Shown here: in pieces, positions 17,635 to 27,983 of the stretch
Position numbering within the stretch: position 1 is the stretch's first letter
Layout: each line of letters opens with the position of its first letter
DNA from: Nitrososphaerota archaeon
Lineage (GTDB): Archaea; Thermoproteota; Nitrososphaeria_A; Caldarchaeales; Calditenuaceae
Assembly (NCBI GenBank): GCA_038845265.1
Contig: JAWBQR010000006.1
Coordinates: forward strand, 32,001 to 96,000
DNA: 64,000 nucleotides
Direction: 5' to 3'
Notes under the pieces: generated by a model
Database searches by the model: none
What the model was told of the DNA's origin: nothing
What the model saw: only the letters and a program-made list of their open reading frames with translations
Made by a program: the position numbers and the translations under genes

Positions 17635-20277
17635 TTAGGATACGACGCAGCCTGTCCATCCACAGTCAAGACATCGTACACATCCTTCTTGCCACAAAAG
17701 ATTTGTACTATTGCATTCTGGACAGGTTTCGTAAGTACTCTTTTTATCTGCCTGTTCCTCTGTTATCACGACCTTGGTCAACGGTCGTTTAGCCTCGCCC
17801 ACCTCAGTCGGGATATATGCAGGGCGGCTGATCTTTATTCCAAGAGACTCCATCATATCAAGTGTCTTATTCTTAGTAATCGATACATACCTGTTCAGCT
17901 TCTGGGTCGGTGTGACGAGGACTTGAGCGCTCTTAGAAGCATCCCTGTAAATTGTTATTCCCTTTAGCCCAAGCTTATATGCAAAGAGGAACGAATTCTT
18001 GACGTCCTCGACACTTACCCAGTGCGGCATGTTTATTGTCTTGCTGACGGCTGCATCTACCCATAGCCCCACTTGATATTGCGCTCGTATGTGGTCCCAC
18101 CAAGGAATGTCATAAGCAACAGCAAAGATTTGCCTCGCGCTTTCGGGAAACTCTGGCAACTCTTGAATTGAGCCTCCATTCATGGATACTTTCTTAATAA
18201 TCTCCTCATTATAGAGTCCCGACTCGTGTAAATACTTTTCAAACTCTGGATCAATATAGTGAAATATGCCTACTGTCACATGTTTTTCATAAACAAGTGC
18301 GAAGACTGGCTCTAGTCCCGAACTCGTATCTACAATCATGGATATGCTACCCGTAGGGGCGATTGACAAAAGAAATGCATTCCTTATTCCTATTTTCTTT
18401 ATTTTGTCCACTACTTCGTCCCAGTTCATTGTCCATAGTTCTCTTTTATAGTAGCCCTCAATTGGGAGTTCTCCTTCTGGATACGAACTCTGCCAGTATA
18501 ATGGGAATGGTCCTCGCTCTCCGGCTCTTTCTGCGCTTGAATTATAGGCGTGCCATGCAATGAATTCTGCTATTTTACTCATGAGTTGAAATCCTTCTTC
18601 ACTGTTGTAGGGAACTCTAAGCGCCATCAGCATGTCGGCTAAACCCATAATTCCCAGACCTATGCGCCTAGTAAGTTTAGCCATGCGTTCAATATCTTTA
18701 AGCGGATAAGAATTAACATCGATAACGTTATCTAAGAATCTATATGCAACCTTTACTGTTTTCGCCAATTCATCCCAATCAATTTCCGCTACCTTATCCG
18801 TCCTCTTAACAAAAGCGTGCAGGTTTATTGACCCCAAATTGCATGGTTCATACTCGTAGAGAGGTTCTTCACCGCAGGGGTTAGTACATCTAATATCGCC
18901 TAAAACCTTTCTAAGCACATTTCTCCTATTGATATTGTCCAAGAATAAGACTCCGGGGTCAGCGGTCTTCCATGCCATTTCAGCGATTAGGTTAAAGATG
19001 AATGATGGGTTTATAGATCCCCATTGCTGTCCATTTCGAGGATTTATGAGGGGATAGGGTTCATTGTTCTCGAGGTGTTTCCAGAACTTCGGCTCTATTA
19101 AGACGCTAATGTTGAAGTTTTCAAGCATGCCTTCCTTCTCCTTGGCTCTGACAAACTTCTCTATATCGGGATGCCAAATCTCTAAAATGCCCATGTTTGC
19201 TCCACGCCTCTTTCCACCCTGTTTTACGACTTCAGTAACTGTGTCTATTATCCGCATGAAGGTAACGGGTCCTGAAGCGACTCCAGAGGTGGAGAATACT
19301 ACGTCGCCCTCCGGACGAAGTTTAGAGTAGTTTATTCCAATCCCTCCGCCACTTTTGAATATAATAGCCGCCTCAGTTGCGGCCTTCATTATTGACTCGA
19401 TATTATCATCAATCGGAAGTACGAAACACGCCGAGAGCTGGCCGAGCCTTGCGCCGGCATTAAAGAGTGTAGGACTATTAGGCATGAACTTCTTCTCAAC
19501 CATTAGGTTATAATACTCAAGATAGTCTTTGAAATGATTTTCAAACTCGCCGTTAAGAAGCATGTTGAAAAAGATGCTCCATGGAACCTTCATCATGCCT
19601 TGTTCATTTAAATTATCATAGAGCCTCTTCATATGGTATAGATGCCATTTATTCCACTTGAACTCGTAATCTCCATTCTCCTTCTTTCCTAGCCCAATCT
19701 TTCCGGCCCATAGATCTGGATTAAATTCTTCTAATGGATGCTTTGGTTGCCCTCCTTCTTTTGAATATATTCGGGAATCATATAGAAGGTCTGGTATAAC
19801 TATTAGTGCTGCTACTCGCTGGAATAGTTGTTTTGGTCCTTCCTTGAATTTTCCGTCCTCCCCCCTTAAGAGATATCTGCTACTAATTAGTCTCAATGCA
19901 TTAAGGGAGAACTTCTTATCAACTTCGTCTAAATAGTCTTTTTCTAGGATTCTCATCTTTTCCTTTCTTATCTTTTCCCTCTCCCTTCTATAGAGTATGT
20001 ATGCCTTTGCGACTTCGTATTGATCAAATTTAACTAATGAAAGCTCAACTATGTCCTGGACGTCCTCTACGTGTGGAATCTTTTCTGCACCAAACTTCTC
20101 TGATATTAATACTAATACATGCTCAACTATCTTGTCAAGTAATTTCTCATCGTATTTGTTAACTGAGACCATCGCCTTTCTGATTGCCTCTCTAATTCTA
20201 CTTGAGTCAAAGTCAACAATTCTGCCATCTCGCTTCATGATCTTCTTAACAGGATACTGACTCAGAGGAATCGTCAT
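17635..20277 (-). CDS. nrdJ: Class II (adenosylcobalamin-dependent) ribonucleotide reductase with N-terminal ATP cone
   Basis: ATP cone KRDGRIVDFD; PNSPTLFNAG, LSACFV, RRGANMG, TNPCGE..L…CNLGS, IAPTGSIS; C-terminal zinc ribbon. Confidence 0.95.
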   Translation of the reverse strand: MTIPLSQYPVKKIMKRDGRIVDFDSSRIREAIRKAMVSVNKYDEKLLDKIVEHVLVLISEKFGAEKIPHVEDVQDIVELSLVKFDQYEVAKAYILYRREREKIRKEKMRILEKDYLDEVDKKFSLNALRLISSRYLLRGEDGKFKEGPKQLFQRVAALIVIPDLLYDSRIYSKEGGQPKHPLEEFNPDLWAGKIGLGKKENGDYEFKWNKWHLYHMKRLYDNLNEQGMMKVPWSIFFNMLLNGEFENHFKDYLEYYNLMVEKKFMPNSPTLFNAGARLGQLSACFVLPIDDNIESIMKAATEAAIIFKSGGGIGINYSKLRPEGDVVFSTSGVASGPVTFMRIIDTVTEVVKQGGKRRGANMGILEIWHPDIEKFVRAKEKEGMLENFNISVLIEPKFWKHLENNEPYPLINPRNGQQWGSINPSFIFNLIAEMAWKTADPGVLFLDNINRRNVLRKVLGDIRCTNPCGEEPLYEYEPCNLGSINLHAFVKRTDKVAEIDWDELAKTVKVAYRFLDNVIDVNSYPLKDIERMAKLTRRIGLGIMGLADMLMALRVPYNSEEGFQLMSKIAEFIAWHAYNSSAERAGERGPFPLYWQSSYPEGELPIEGYYKRELWTMNWDEVVDKIKKIGIRNAFLLSIAPTGSISMIVDTSSGLEPVFALVYEKHVTVGIFHYIDPEFEKYLHESGLYNEEIIKKVSMNGGSIQELPEFPESARQIFAVAYDIPWWDHIRAQYQVGLWVDAAVSKTINMPHWVSVEDVKNSFLFAYKLGLKGITIYRDASKSAQVLVTPTQKLNRYVSITKNKTLDMMESLGIKISRPAYIPTEVGEAKRPLTKVVITEEQADKKSTYETCPECNSTNLLWQEGCVRCLDCGWTGCVVS

Positions 20278-20493
20278 GATTCTTAATCACACCCGGATAA
20301 TCCAGATCAATATCTTAATAAAAGTATGCATCCTTATAAAAATACTCTTTGTATCCAGTTTGAGGCAAAATCTAAGAAAATTGTTTGGGATTTTTTATCA
20401 AAATGATGTTTAATACCAGTCTTAGCCCTTACTATTATCGGAGTTAGGCCATTTAGTCCAATGTATTTATTCAGCGGCTTATCTGACTCTATA

Positions 20494-21588
20494 ATGATGG
20501 ATATAGAGGAAAGGATCGAGTTGATAACGAGGCCTCCAACGGAGGAAGTCATCACAATGCAAGAACTAAGAGAATTACTTGAAACTTGCTCTTCACCAAT
20601 TGCTTATGACGGATTTGAGCCAAGCGGCTTGGCGCATCTTCCATTCGGTGTTCTAAGGACTATAAAATTAAAGGACATGCTTGATGCAGGATGTAGATTT
20701 AAGATTCTTTTAGCTGATTGGCATGCGATGCTTAATAATAAGATGGGTGGAGATATTGAAAAGATTAGGAGGGTCGGAGAATATTTCATTGAGGTCTGGA
20801 AAGCAGCGGGCGTTGATTTATCAAAAGTAGAGATTGTTTGGGCAAGCGAAAATGCATCAGACATAGATTATTGGAAGCTTGTGATAACAGTGGCAAAGAA
20901 CACAACTCTGAAGAGGATTGTCCGAGCATTGCCAATAATGGGGAGATCTGAGGGTGAGCTTCAGGAGGCTGCTCAGGTCTTTTATCCAGCAATGCAGGTC
21001 GCTGACATTTTCTACATGAAGTGCCAGATATGTCAACTTGGCCTGGATCAGAGAAGAGCCAACATGCTTGCGAGAGAGATCGGGCCAAAGCTGGGACTAT
21101 GGAAACCGGTGGCCGTTCATCACCATATGTTGATGGGTCTCCAGGGCCCGGTAAAACCGCGAGGATTCGACGAGGATGCATCAATAGATCTTGCAATAAG
21201 TTCAAAGATGAGCAAGAGCATTCCTGAGACAAGCATTTTTGTCCATGATTCATATGAAGTTATCAAGGAAAAGATAAGAAATGCGTTTTGCCCCCCTAGG
21301 AGCTCTGAGGGAAACCCAATACTAGATTACGCTAAGCACATAATCTTTAGGCAAGTGGGAAAACTTGAGATTGAGAGACCTTCAAAGTTTGGCGGAGCAT
21401 TAACTTACTATTCATACTCAGATCTAGAGAAGGACTACATTAGTGGCAAGCTCCATCCACTCGATTTAAAAGAAGCTGTTGCTAAAGCACTTGACCAGAT
21501 ACTTGAACCAATAAGACGACACTTCGAAAAAGACCCTCACGCCGCAAGGCTATACGAATTTGTCAAAAGCCAAGAAATAACTCGTTAG
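20494..21588 (+). CDS. tyrS: Tyrosine--tRNA ligase
   Basis: AYDGFEPSG, ADWHA, YPAMQVADI, GLDQR, KMSKS, LHPLDLK. Start moved to MMDIEERIELI (track start 20461). Confidence 0.95.
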   Translation: MMDIEERIELITRPPTEEVITMQELRELLETCSSPIAYDGFEPSGLAHLPFGVLRTIKLKDMLDAGCRFKILLADWHAMLNNKMGGDIEKIRRVGEYFIEVWKAAGVDLSKVEIVWASENASDIDYWKLVITVAKNTTLKRIVRALPIMGRSEGELQEAAQVFYPAMQVADIFYMKCQICQLGLDQRRANMLAREIGPKLGLWKPVAVHHHMLMGLQGPVKPRGFDEDASIDLAISSKMSKSIPETSIFVHDSYEVIKEKIRNAFCPPRSSEGNPILDYAKHIIFRQVGKLEIERPSKFGGALTYYSYSDLEKDYISGKLHPLDLKEAVAKALDQILEPIRRHFEKDPHAARLYEFVKSQEITR

Positions 21589-21589
21589 A

Positions 21590-21670
21590 TGTGGCCCGCC
21601 GCTGACTCGCTTGTCCTCACGGCCAGGACGGTTACGCCCCACTCAGACAAGGCTTAAGGCACGGCGGGTC
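21590..21670 (-). ncRNA. Single-hairpin box H/ACA pseudouridylation guide sRNA (predicted target 23S rRNA helix 69)
   Basis: GACCCGCCG/CGGCGGGCC basal stem followed immediately by ACA. Internal pocket UGCCUUAAG / GAGUCAG. Upper stem CUUGUCU/GGACAAG closed by tandem GA pairs plus a 3-nt bulge (K-turn). GC-rich island in an intergenic region. Confidence 0.85.
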
Positions 21671-21930
21671 TGTTATTCATAGTTCTCAAACAAGAATATA
21701 TCCATTTACTGAATAATTACATTGTAGGGGTGAAGCAAGTTTAACTTTTGTAATGAATTCGCGTCGTGACTGAATCGGGCTCAACTGATGTGAATATTTT
21801 TTCTAATCTATAGGAATGAGGGGCTGGGTCAGTTGAAAAGCTGCTAATAATGTAGGCTGTTCTCCAATTAACATAGGTAAGCACATAGTTTTAGGAAGTA
21901 TCGATGCATAACACCATGTGATAATAATTT

Positions 21931-22779
21931 CTATGCTCCTATTATGAATGCTATCAGCGCTATTGACATCCAAGCGAGTAATTCGCGCTTAACCTTCCTA
22001 GCTTTGACATGTGTTGGATCTAGTAGGATTTTAATGGCGGAATAGACAAAGCCGATGTCCGCAAAGCAGACTAATAATAAATACGTCCATCCAAGCATGC
22101 CTAGAAATGTGGGAAGTGGGCTGAGGATTACAGCAGTCAAGATAAATCCAGCGCCTATAACTGCTGCTTTTCTGGATCCATATATTCTAGCAATTGAGGC
22201 GACTCCTCTCAAAGCGTCTCCCTCGATATCCACCATTCCCTTAATGACCTCTCTGCCCATATTTGCAAGAAAGGCTAATAATCCAAGAATAAGCACTTTC
22301 ATTGATATGGTGCCAAGCATCAATACTGAGCCATAGAGAAACGGTGCAACGACTGCTAAACTAACCGCAACGTTTCCAATGATTCCTAGTGGTTTTAGCC
22401 AAACATTGTATGCATTAGCTATCGCGTAGAAAATTATGGCGACAATTAACGTGCCAATTCCGGTAATGCATGAAGCGAATAGCCCCGCAAGTCCTAGAAA
22501 TCCGCCATATATTATAGCTGCTTTTACACTAATTCTGCCTGATGGTATCGGCCGAAGCGGATCATTAATCTTGTCAACCTCTTTGTCAATAATGTCGTTT
22601 ATCACCATTGATGAACCATTTAGACAGTAGGCCGTGATGAATGATAGAGAAAGTTCTAATAGTTGTGGTAAGCTCCTTGATGCTACATAGGACCCGACGA
22701 CCACCGCCAAAAACATTAACAATCCGTTAGGTGGACGGGACATCGATAAGTATAACCATGCCTTTCCCAGTACATTCAT
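21931..22779 (-). CDS. Digeranylgeranylglyceryl phosphate synthase (UbiA family)
   Basis: SRPPN, NDIIDKEVDKINDPLRPIPSG, YN..LK, REVIKGMVDIEGD. Start at ATG 22779 overlaps the endA stop (ATGA). Confidence 0.88.
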   Translation of the reverse strand: MNVLGKAWLYLSMSRPPNGLLMFLAVVVGSYVASRSLPQLLELSLSFITAYCLNGSSMVINDIIDKEVDKINDPLRPIPSGRISVKAAIIYGGFLGLAGLFASCITGIGTLIVAIIFYAIANAYNVWLKPLGIIGNVAVSLAVVAPFLYGSVLMLGTISMKVLILGLLAFLANMGREVIKGMVDIEGDALRGVASIARIYGSRKAAVIGAGFILTAVILSPLPTFLGMLGWTYLLLVCFADIGFVYSAIKILLDPTHVKARKVKRELLAWMSIALIAFIIGA

Positions 22780-23321
22780 ATGTTCTTGAGACTTGCTTCT
22801 GAGCATGAGTAATAGATCACCTCTCCTCTTCTCTCAACTACTGCGACAATAAGTTGTTTATTCTTACTTATAGAATGCTTTACTCCATCGAGAAGATTTG
22901 CTATGTTTTCAGGAGATCCTTCAAAGAAAGGATATACTAGATATGATGCTTCTTCTTTTCCCTTCTCATAAACCCTAAATGCCAATTTACCTCCGAACCC
23001 TTCTTTAACAATATATCCACGTCTCCTCAGGTCTCTATATATCACGTAGAGAAGCCACAATTGTGGATTCACTGACTGTAAGACTCTTAAGAGTTCATTA
23101 AATTCAAGCTCGACGCCACTTTTAGTCCTGACGATTAATTTATTATTCTCAACAAGGTAAAGTGCCTCGTAAGGCGTTAGCTTAAGGGCTCCATTACTCA
23201 TAAGCTCTCCGTATCCTTTACTGACCAATTCATCAATGTTGCTATTCTCATAAATAATGACTTCAGAATTATCGATTAATCCATAAGTTATTGATTGGGT
23301 TTCGGACGGCTTCTCCGCCAT
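22776..23321 (-). CDS. endA: tRNA-splicing endonuclease subunit, probably structural (non-catalytic)
   Basis: LTPYEALYL, IYRDLRRRGYIVKEGFG, FRVY, AVVERRGEVIYY; the catalytic His expected after the VY motif is absent. Confidence 0.85.
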   Translation of the reverse strand: MAEKPSETQSITYGLIDNSEVIIYENSNIDELVSKGYGELMSNGALKLTPYEALYLVENNKLIVRTKSGVELEFNELLRVLQSVNPQLWLLYVIYRDLRRRGYIVKEGFGGKLAFRVYEKGKEEASYLVYPFFEGSPENIANLLDGVKHSISKNKQLIVAVVERRGEVIYYSCSEASLKNI

Positions 23322-23426
23322 AACTCGTCTGCTAAACCAGTGTTTATACGTCTAATTAAATCTCTTGTAGCACATTTGAGATGAAAGATATTAGTTAGAG
23401 AGCTAGTATTCGATAAGGCGAAAAAG

Positions 23427-24986
23427 ATGTACAATGAACCATTAAGGGAAGAACTTGTTCTTCACCCAATCGAGAAGCGGGTATTACAATTCTTAACAAA
23501 ATTTGGTCCCGCAAGTTTTTCAGTAATCGCTGAAAAAACTGGGCTCGATGAGGGGGCCATCGCAAAGGCGGCCCAATGGCTAGCCTCTAAAAACCTAGTG
23601 AAAGTGGAAGAAAGCATTATAGATAAGAAAGTCGAGCTGGGCAATGAGGGAAAAATTTATGCTGAAAAGGGTCTTCCTGAGAGAAGATTAGTAGACTTTC
23701 TAGAGAGAATCGGCGGAGAAGCAGAGCTAAGCGATTTAAAAGAATCCAATATTTTATCCGACGAGGAGATCAGAATAGGAGTAATATGGGCAAAGAAAAA
23801 CGGCTGGATTGAGATAACTCGCAGAGGTGATGAGGCAGTTCTTGAGCTTAGGAAATATCCTAAGGAGCGAATAGATGACGAGATAGTTTTGCAGTTGCTC
23901 AAGGGCGGCGGGAGATCATTAGCGAGCCTCGGTCCTTACGCACCAACCTGTGAAAAACTTTCAAGAAGGCCAGGCCTGATAAAAGTTTCACAAGAATCTA
24001 TACACATAGTAACTCCGACGGAAAAAGCATTAAAACTAGGCGACGAATTACTAACCGCTGTCGAGGAAGTAAGTCAACTCACACCAGAACTTATCTCCTC
24101 AGGTAAATGGAGAGAGGTTACTTTCTCAAGATATAATCTATTTGCGCCCGTTAAGGCAACTTTTGCTGCGAGGTTGCATCCATTAACAATGCTGATAGAC
24201 ATGGTGAAGGAGGCATTTGTAGAGATGGGGTTTGAAGAGATTCGTGGACCCTTGGTCGAGCTTGCTTTCTGGAACTTTGACGCATTGTTCCAGCCTCAAG
24301 ATCATCCTGCGAGAGAGATGCATGATACCTTCTATCTTGCAAATCCTGATAGAGGAGAACCTCCAGCCAAGTTTATTGAACCTGTAAGAAAGACGCATGA
24401 AGATGGTGGTGAGACTGGCTCGAAAGGATGGGGATATAAATGGAGCCTCGAGGAGGCATCTAAGCTTGTTCTGAGAACACATACTACCGCTACTACGATA
24501 AGGTATCTGAGCGAGCATAATGAACCACCTGTCAGAGTATTCACCGTTGATAGAGTATACAGAAACGAGAAAGTAGACTGGAAACATTTAGCAGAGCTCC
24601 ATCAGATTGAAGGTATATTGATGGACAAATCTGTAACTTTGAGACACTTGATGGGCATTATCAAGGAATTCTACATGAGGCTTGGGATCAGAAATGTTAG
24701 GTTTAGGCCAAGTTACTTCCCGTATACTGAGCCCTCTGCTGAAGTTGAAGTAATGCTAGGAGAGAGCGGTCGATGGACAGAGCTAGGTGGAATGGGAATT
24801 TTTAGGCCAGAAGTGACTAGGCCTTTTGGTGTTAAATATCCAGTACTAGCATGGGGTCTGGGACTTGAAAGGCTAGCGATGGCTGTTTTCAACCTCAACG
24901 ACATTAGAGAACTCTATCGGAACGACCTATCATGGATAAGGTCTGTTCCTATTACATTTTCAATCCTTAAAAAGGAGAGGGGCTAA
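23427..24986 (+). CDS. pheS: Phenylalanine--tRNA ligase alpha subunit
   Basis: FWNFDALFQPQDHPAREMHDTF, LRTHTT, YFPYTEPS, WGLGLERL. Confidence 0.97.
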   Translation: MYNEPLREELVLHPIEKRVLQFLTKFGPASFSVIAEKTGLDEGAIAKAAQWLASKNLVKVEESIIDKKVELGNEGKIYAEKGLPERRLVDFLERIGGEAELSDLKESNILSDEEIRIGVIWAKKNGWIEITRRGDEAVLELRKYPKERIDDEIVLQLLKGGGRSLASLGPYAPTCEKLSRRPGLIKVSQESIHIVTPTEKALKLGDELLTAVEEVSQLTPELISSGKWREVTFSRYNLFAPVKATFAARLHPLTMLIDMVKEAFVEMGFEEIRGPLVELAFWNFDALFQPQDHPAREMHDTFYLANPDRGEPPAKFIEPVRKTHEDGGETGSKGWGYKWSLEEASKLVLRTHTTATTIRYLSEHNEPPVRVFTVDRVYRNEKVDWKHLAELHQIEGILMDKSVTLRHLMGIIKEFYMRLGIRNVRFRPSYFPYTEPSAEVEVMLGESGRWTELGGMGIFRPEVTRPFGVKYPVLAWGLGLERLAMAVFNLNDIRELYRNDLSWIRSVPITFSILKKERG

Positions 24987-24988
24987 GG

Positions 24989-26644
24989 ATGCCGGCAATT
25001 AATCTCAAAATTAATAGGTTGTCAAGGTTTCTAGGAAAAGAGGTAAATGTAGGTGAGCTCATCGAGGCCATTCGAGATCTCGGCCTCGCGGTAGAAGAGG
25101 TGAGCGAGGGCTACATCAAAGCGGAATATAACCCCAACCGACCTGACTACTCAAGCATAGTTGGCGTAGCGAGAGCACTACAGGGCATGTTGGGTATAAA
25201 GACGGGTATGCCGCGATATAAAGTACATGACTCTGGCGTAAAGATGATTATTGATCCTAAAGTTAGCGAGGTCAGACCATTTGTTGTTTCGGCAATTGTG
25301 AAGAATCTTGAGTTAAACGAAGACGTAATAGAAGAAATAATAGCGATGCAGGAAGATCTTCACTGGATCATAGGCAGGGACAGAAGAAAGGTTGCAATAG
25401 GTCTGCATGACTACTCGAAGATCAAGCCGCCTATATACTACAGGGCCCTTCCACCAGACTCTATTAGCTTTGTCCCGCTTGGGGGGACACAGAAAATTAC
25501 GCCGATAGAGATCCTCAGAAATACAAGTACAGGAATTAAGTATGGACACATACTTGAGGGAAAGAAGTACTTCCCATTTATAATGGATTCGAACAATGAG
25601 GTCCTCTCGTTTCCACCAATCATCAACTCAAGTTTAACTGAGCTTACTTATAGGACAAGAGACATATTCATCGATGTCACTGGAACGGACTTTAAAGCCA
25701 TATCGGACGCTCTAAACATACTCGTAACTGCTCTCCACGACATGGGTGGAACTATTTACAGCGTTGACCTCATATATGACAATCGGCGAATAACCACTCC
25801 CGACCTTTCACCATCAAGATGGAGAATTAATCTGAAAGAGCAGGCAGCCCTAATTGGTGTCGATATTAGGCCTATTCATGCGTTAAGAGCTTTGAGAAGA
25901 ATGAGACTCGACGCGAGGCTCGTCGATGATGAGATTGAGATATATGTCCCAGCATATAGAGTAGATATTCTACATCCTGTAGATTTTGCAGAAGAGATCG
26001 CGATAGGAATAGGATACTCACAATTGACACCGATTGTTCCTTATACTGCCAATTTTGGTCGCCTTACGGCTCTTTCGGAATTCTCGAAGATCTTAAGAAT
26101 ACTTATGGTTGGATTAGGCTTCACCGAGGCTATTAACACTACCCTTTCAAATGGGCAAAAAGATTATGAATTTTTGGGAATATCTCAGTCCAATCAACCT
26201 AGAATACTTAATCCCGCATCAATTGAGTATAATACATTGAGGCATTTATTACTGCCGGGGCTTCTTGAAACCTTAGCGTTAAACAAGCATAATCCAATGC
26301 CTCAGAAATTCTTTGAGCTGGGCGATGTGCTCCAAATTGATGAAAATGTAGCTGAAAAATTTGTCCGACGACTACATTTATGCCTAGTAATATCTCACTC
26401 CTCCGCCTCTTATTCAGAGATAAAATCAACTGAGGAGGAAATCGCCAGGGCACTGCAAGTAGAGATTAGTATGACTGCAAAGGACTATCCGTTCATGATT
26501 CCCGGAAGGTCTGTAGCGTTAATGAAAGATAACGTTGAGGTAGGCTTTATGGGTGAGATTCATCCAGAGGTACTTGAAAAATTCAAGATAGAGATGCCTA
26601 CTGTTTCTATGGAGATTGACATATCCTTACTCGGACTTATATAG
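24989..26644 (+). CDS. pheT: Phenylalanine--tRNA ligase beta subunit
   Basis: PNRPD, QEDLH..IGRDRRKVAIG.HD, SFPPIINS, YRVDILHPVD..EE, GEIHPEVL. Confidence 0.96.
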   Translation: MPAINLKINRLSRFLGKEVNVGELIEAIRDLGLAVEEVSEGYIKAEYNPNRPDYSSIVGVARALQGMLGIKTGMPRYKVHDSGVKMIIDPKVSEVRPFVVSAIVKNLELNEDVIEEIIAMQEDLHWIIGRDRRKVAIGLHDYSKIKPPIYYRALPPDSISFVPLGGTQKITPIEILRNTSTGIKYGHILEGKKYFPFIMDSNNEVLSFPPIINSSLTELTYRTRDIFIDVTGTDFKAISDALNILVTALHDMGGTIYSVDLIYDNRRITTPDLSPSRWRINLKEQAALIGVDIRPIHALRALRRMRLDARLVDDEIEIYVPAYRVDILHPVDFAEEIAIGIGYSQLTPIVPYTANFGRLTALSEFSKILRILMVGLGFTEAINTTLSNGQKDYEFLGISQSNQPRILNPASIEYNTLRHLLLPGLLETLALNKHNPMPQKFFELGDVLQIDENVAEKFVRRLHLCLVISHSSASYSEIKSTEEEIARALQVEISMTAKDYPFMIPGRSVALMKDNVEVGFMGEIHPEVLEKFKIEMPTVSMEIDISLLGLI

Positions 26645-26656
26645 AATATTGAGGTA

Positions 26657-27109
26657 TCATATTTTTCCAATCGAAACGAATGGCTTTGTCCCAAACAATC
26701 TATTATGTTCTTGCATCATGCATCTATTCCAAACTACCTTAATCATTTTTTGACGTGCAAGCCTTACAGCCTCCTCGTTGTATATTCCCAGCTGCATCCA
26801 GACTACCTTTGGATTCTTTATTACTGCTTCTTGAACTACTTGATACACCTGGTCGGATGGTCTAAAAATGTTGACTATGTCTAACTCAACAGGGATATCA
26901 GTTAATGACTTATATGACTTTAACCCCAGTATTTCATCAGCGAAAGGATTTACTGGAATTACATTATAACCATGTCTTAAGAGAAATTTTGGAACATAGT
27001 GTGAAGGTTTTGAGGGATCTCTAGACATACCAACTACTGCTACATTTTTTAGCGAAAGTATCTCGCGTATCTCTTCGTCGGACAGTCCATCACTAGGAAT
27101 TTCCGTCAT
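26657..27109 (-). CDS. CoA-binding protein (YccU family)
   Basis: VAVVGMS..P.KPS, IPVNP, DIVNIFRP, VWMQLGI, RCMM.EH. Confidence 0.9.
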   Translation of the reverse strand: MTEIPSDGLSDEEIREILSLKNVAVVGMSRDPSKPSHYVPKFLLRHGYNVIPVNPFADEILGLKSYKSLTDIPVELDIVNIFRPSDQVYQVVQEAVIKNPKVVWMQLGIYNEEAVRLARQKMIKVVWNRCMMQEHNRLFGTKPFVSIGKI

Positions 27110-27146
27110 CTCGATTATTTTTCTATAATGTTTTTCTTCCTTAAAT

Positions 27147-27983
27147 TTATTCGTATTCTACAACTGCCATTGGATATGAGCCTAAGACCTTAAGGAACAA
27201 TGTCTTGGAGGAGAGTTCAGCTAATGCTTCCTTAACATGCTTCTCTTCAATGCTGCCCTCAAAATCAATATAGAAGTTATATTGCCATGGCCTGCTTCTC
27301 GTAGGTCTAGATTCTATTTTTGTGAGGTTTATCCCGCGTAGGGCAAATGCGCCGAGAGCTTGATACAGCGCTCCAGGAATGTGGCTGAGCGTGAAGATCA
27401 CTGTTGTCTTGCATCTCTCGCCGGGGGGTGGATTGTTTTTTCCAATGATTAGAAACCTAGTATAGTTTCTTCCATAGTCCTCGATGCTACGGGCAAGTAT
27501 CTGCATTCCATAGATCTCGGCTGCCCTTTCACTAGCTATGGCTGCCGCCGTCTTATCTCCTGTTTCCTTAATGAGTTTTACAGCTCCGGCTGTGTCATAT
27601 ATGCTGATATATTCAAAACCCATAGATGCGATGTAGCCTCTACACTGAGATATGGCCTGTGGATGAGAGTAGACCCGCTTAATTGACTTTATGTCGGTTC
27701 CCGGAAGTCCTATCAAGCAGTGCACAATTTTTAGGTATATCTCGCCGATTACCTTTAGGCTGGTCGTAAGTAGCAGGTCGTAGGTCTCCGTTACGCTCCC
27801 CTCTATGCTGTTCTCAATTGGGACTACCCCAGCATCCACCTCACCTACCTCTACGGCCGAAAAGACTGCAGATATCGTACGTTTAGGAATAGGCTCCGCC
27901 CCTGCTCCAAAATGCTTAATCACCGCCTCTTCGCTATAAGATCCTTTTTCACCTTGAAATGCTACCTTCATCGCAATATTCAT
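27147..27983 (-). CDS. pheA: Prephenate dehydratase
   Basis: VAFQGEKGSYSEEA, VPIENSIEGSV, SHPQAISQC, NYTRF, ACT domain INLTKIESRP. Confidence 0.95.
   Translation of the reverse strand: MNIAMKVAFQGEKGSYSEEAVIKHFGAGAEPIPKRTISAVFSAVEVGEVDAGVVPIENSIEGSVTETYDLLLTTSLKVIGEIYLKIVHCLIGLPGTDIKSIKRVYSHPQAISQCRGYIASMGFEYISIYDTAGAVKLIKETGDKTAAAIASERAAEIYGMQILARSIEDYGRNYTRFLIIGKNNPPPGERCKTTVIFTLSHIPGALYQALGAFALRGINLTKIESRPTRSRPWQYNFYIDFEGSIEEKHVKEALAELSSKTLFLKVLGSYPMAVVEYE

Noticed and set aside
17635-20277. Possible intein in nrdJ
   Set aside because: Length is normal and no intein splice-junction or LAGLIDADG motifs were seen; the insert near residues 160-250 looks like a lineage-specific loop
21700-21900. 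Short minus-strand frame (VLTYVNWRTAYII…) and TCAACTGA/TCAGTTGA inverted repeat
   Set aside because: Under 50 codons with no convincing start; may be a gene remnant but cannot be supported
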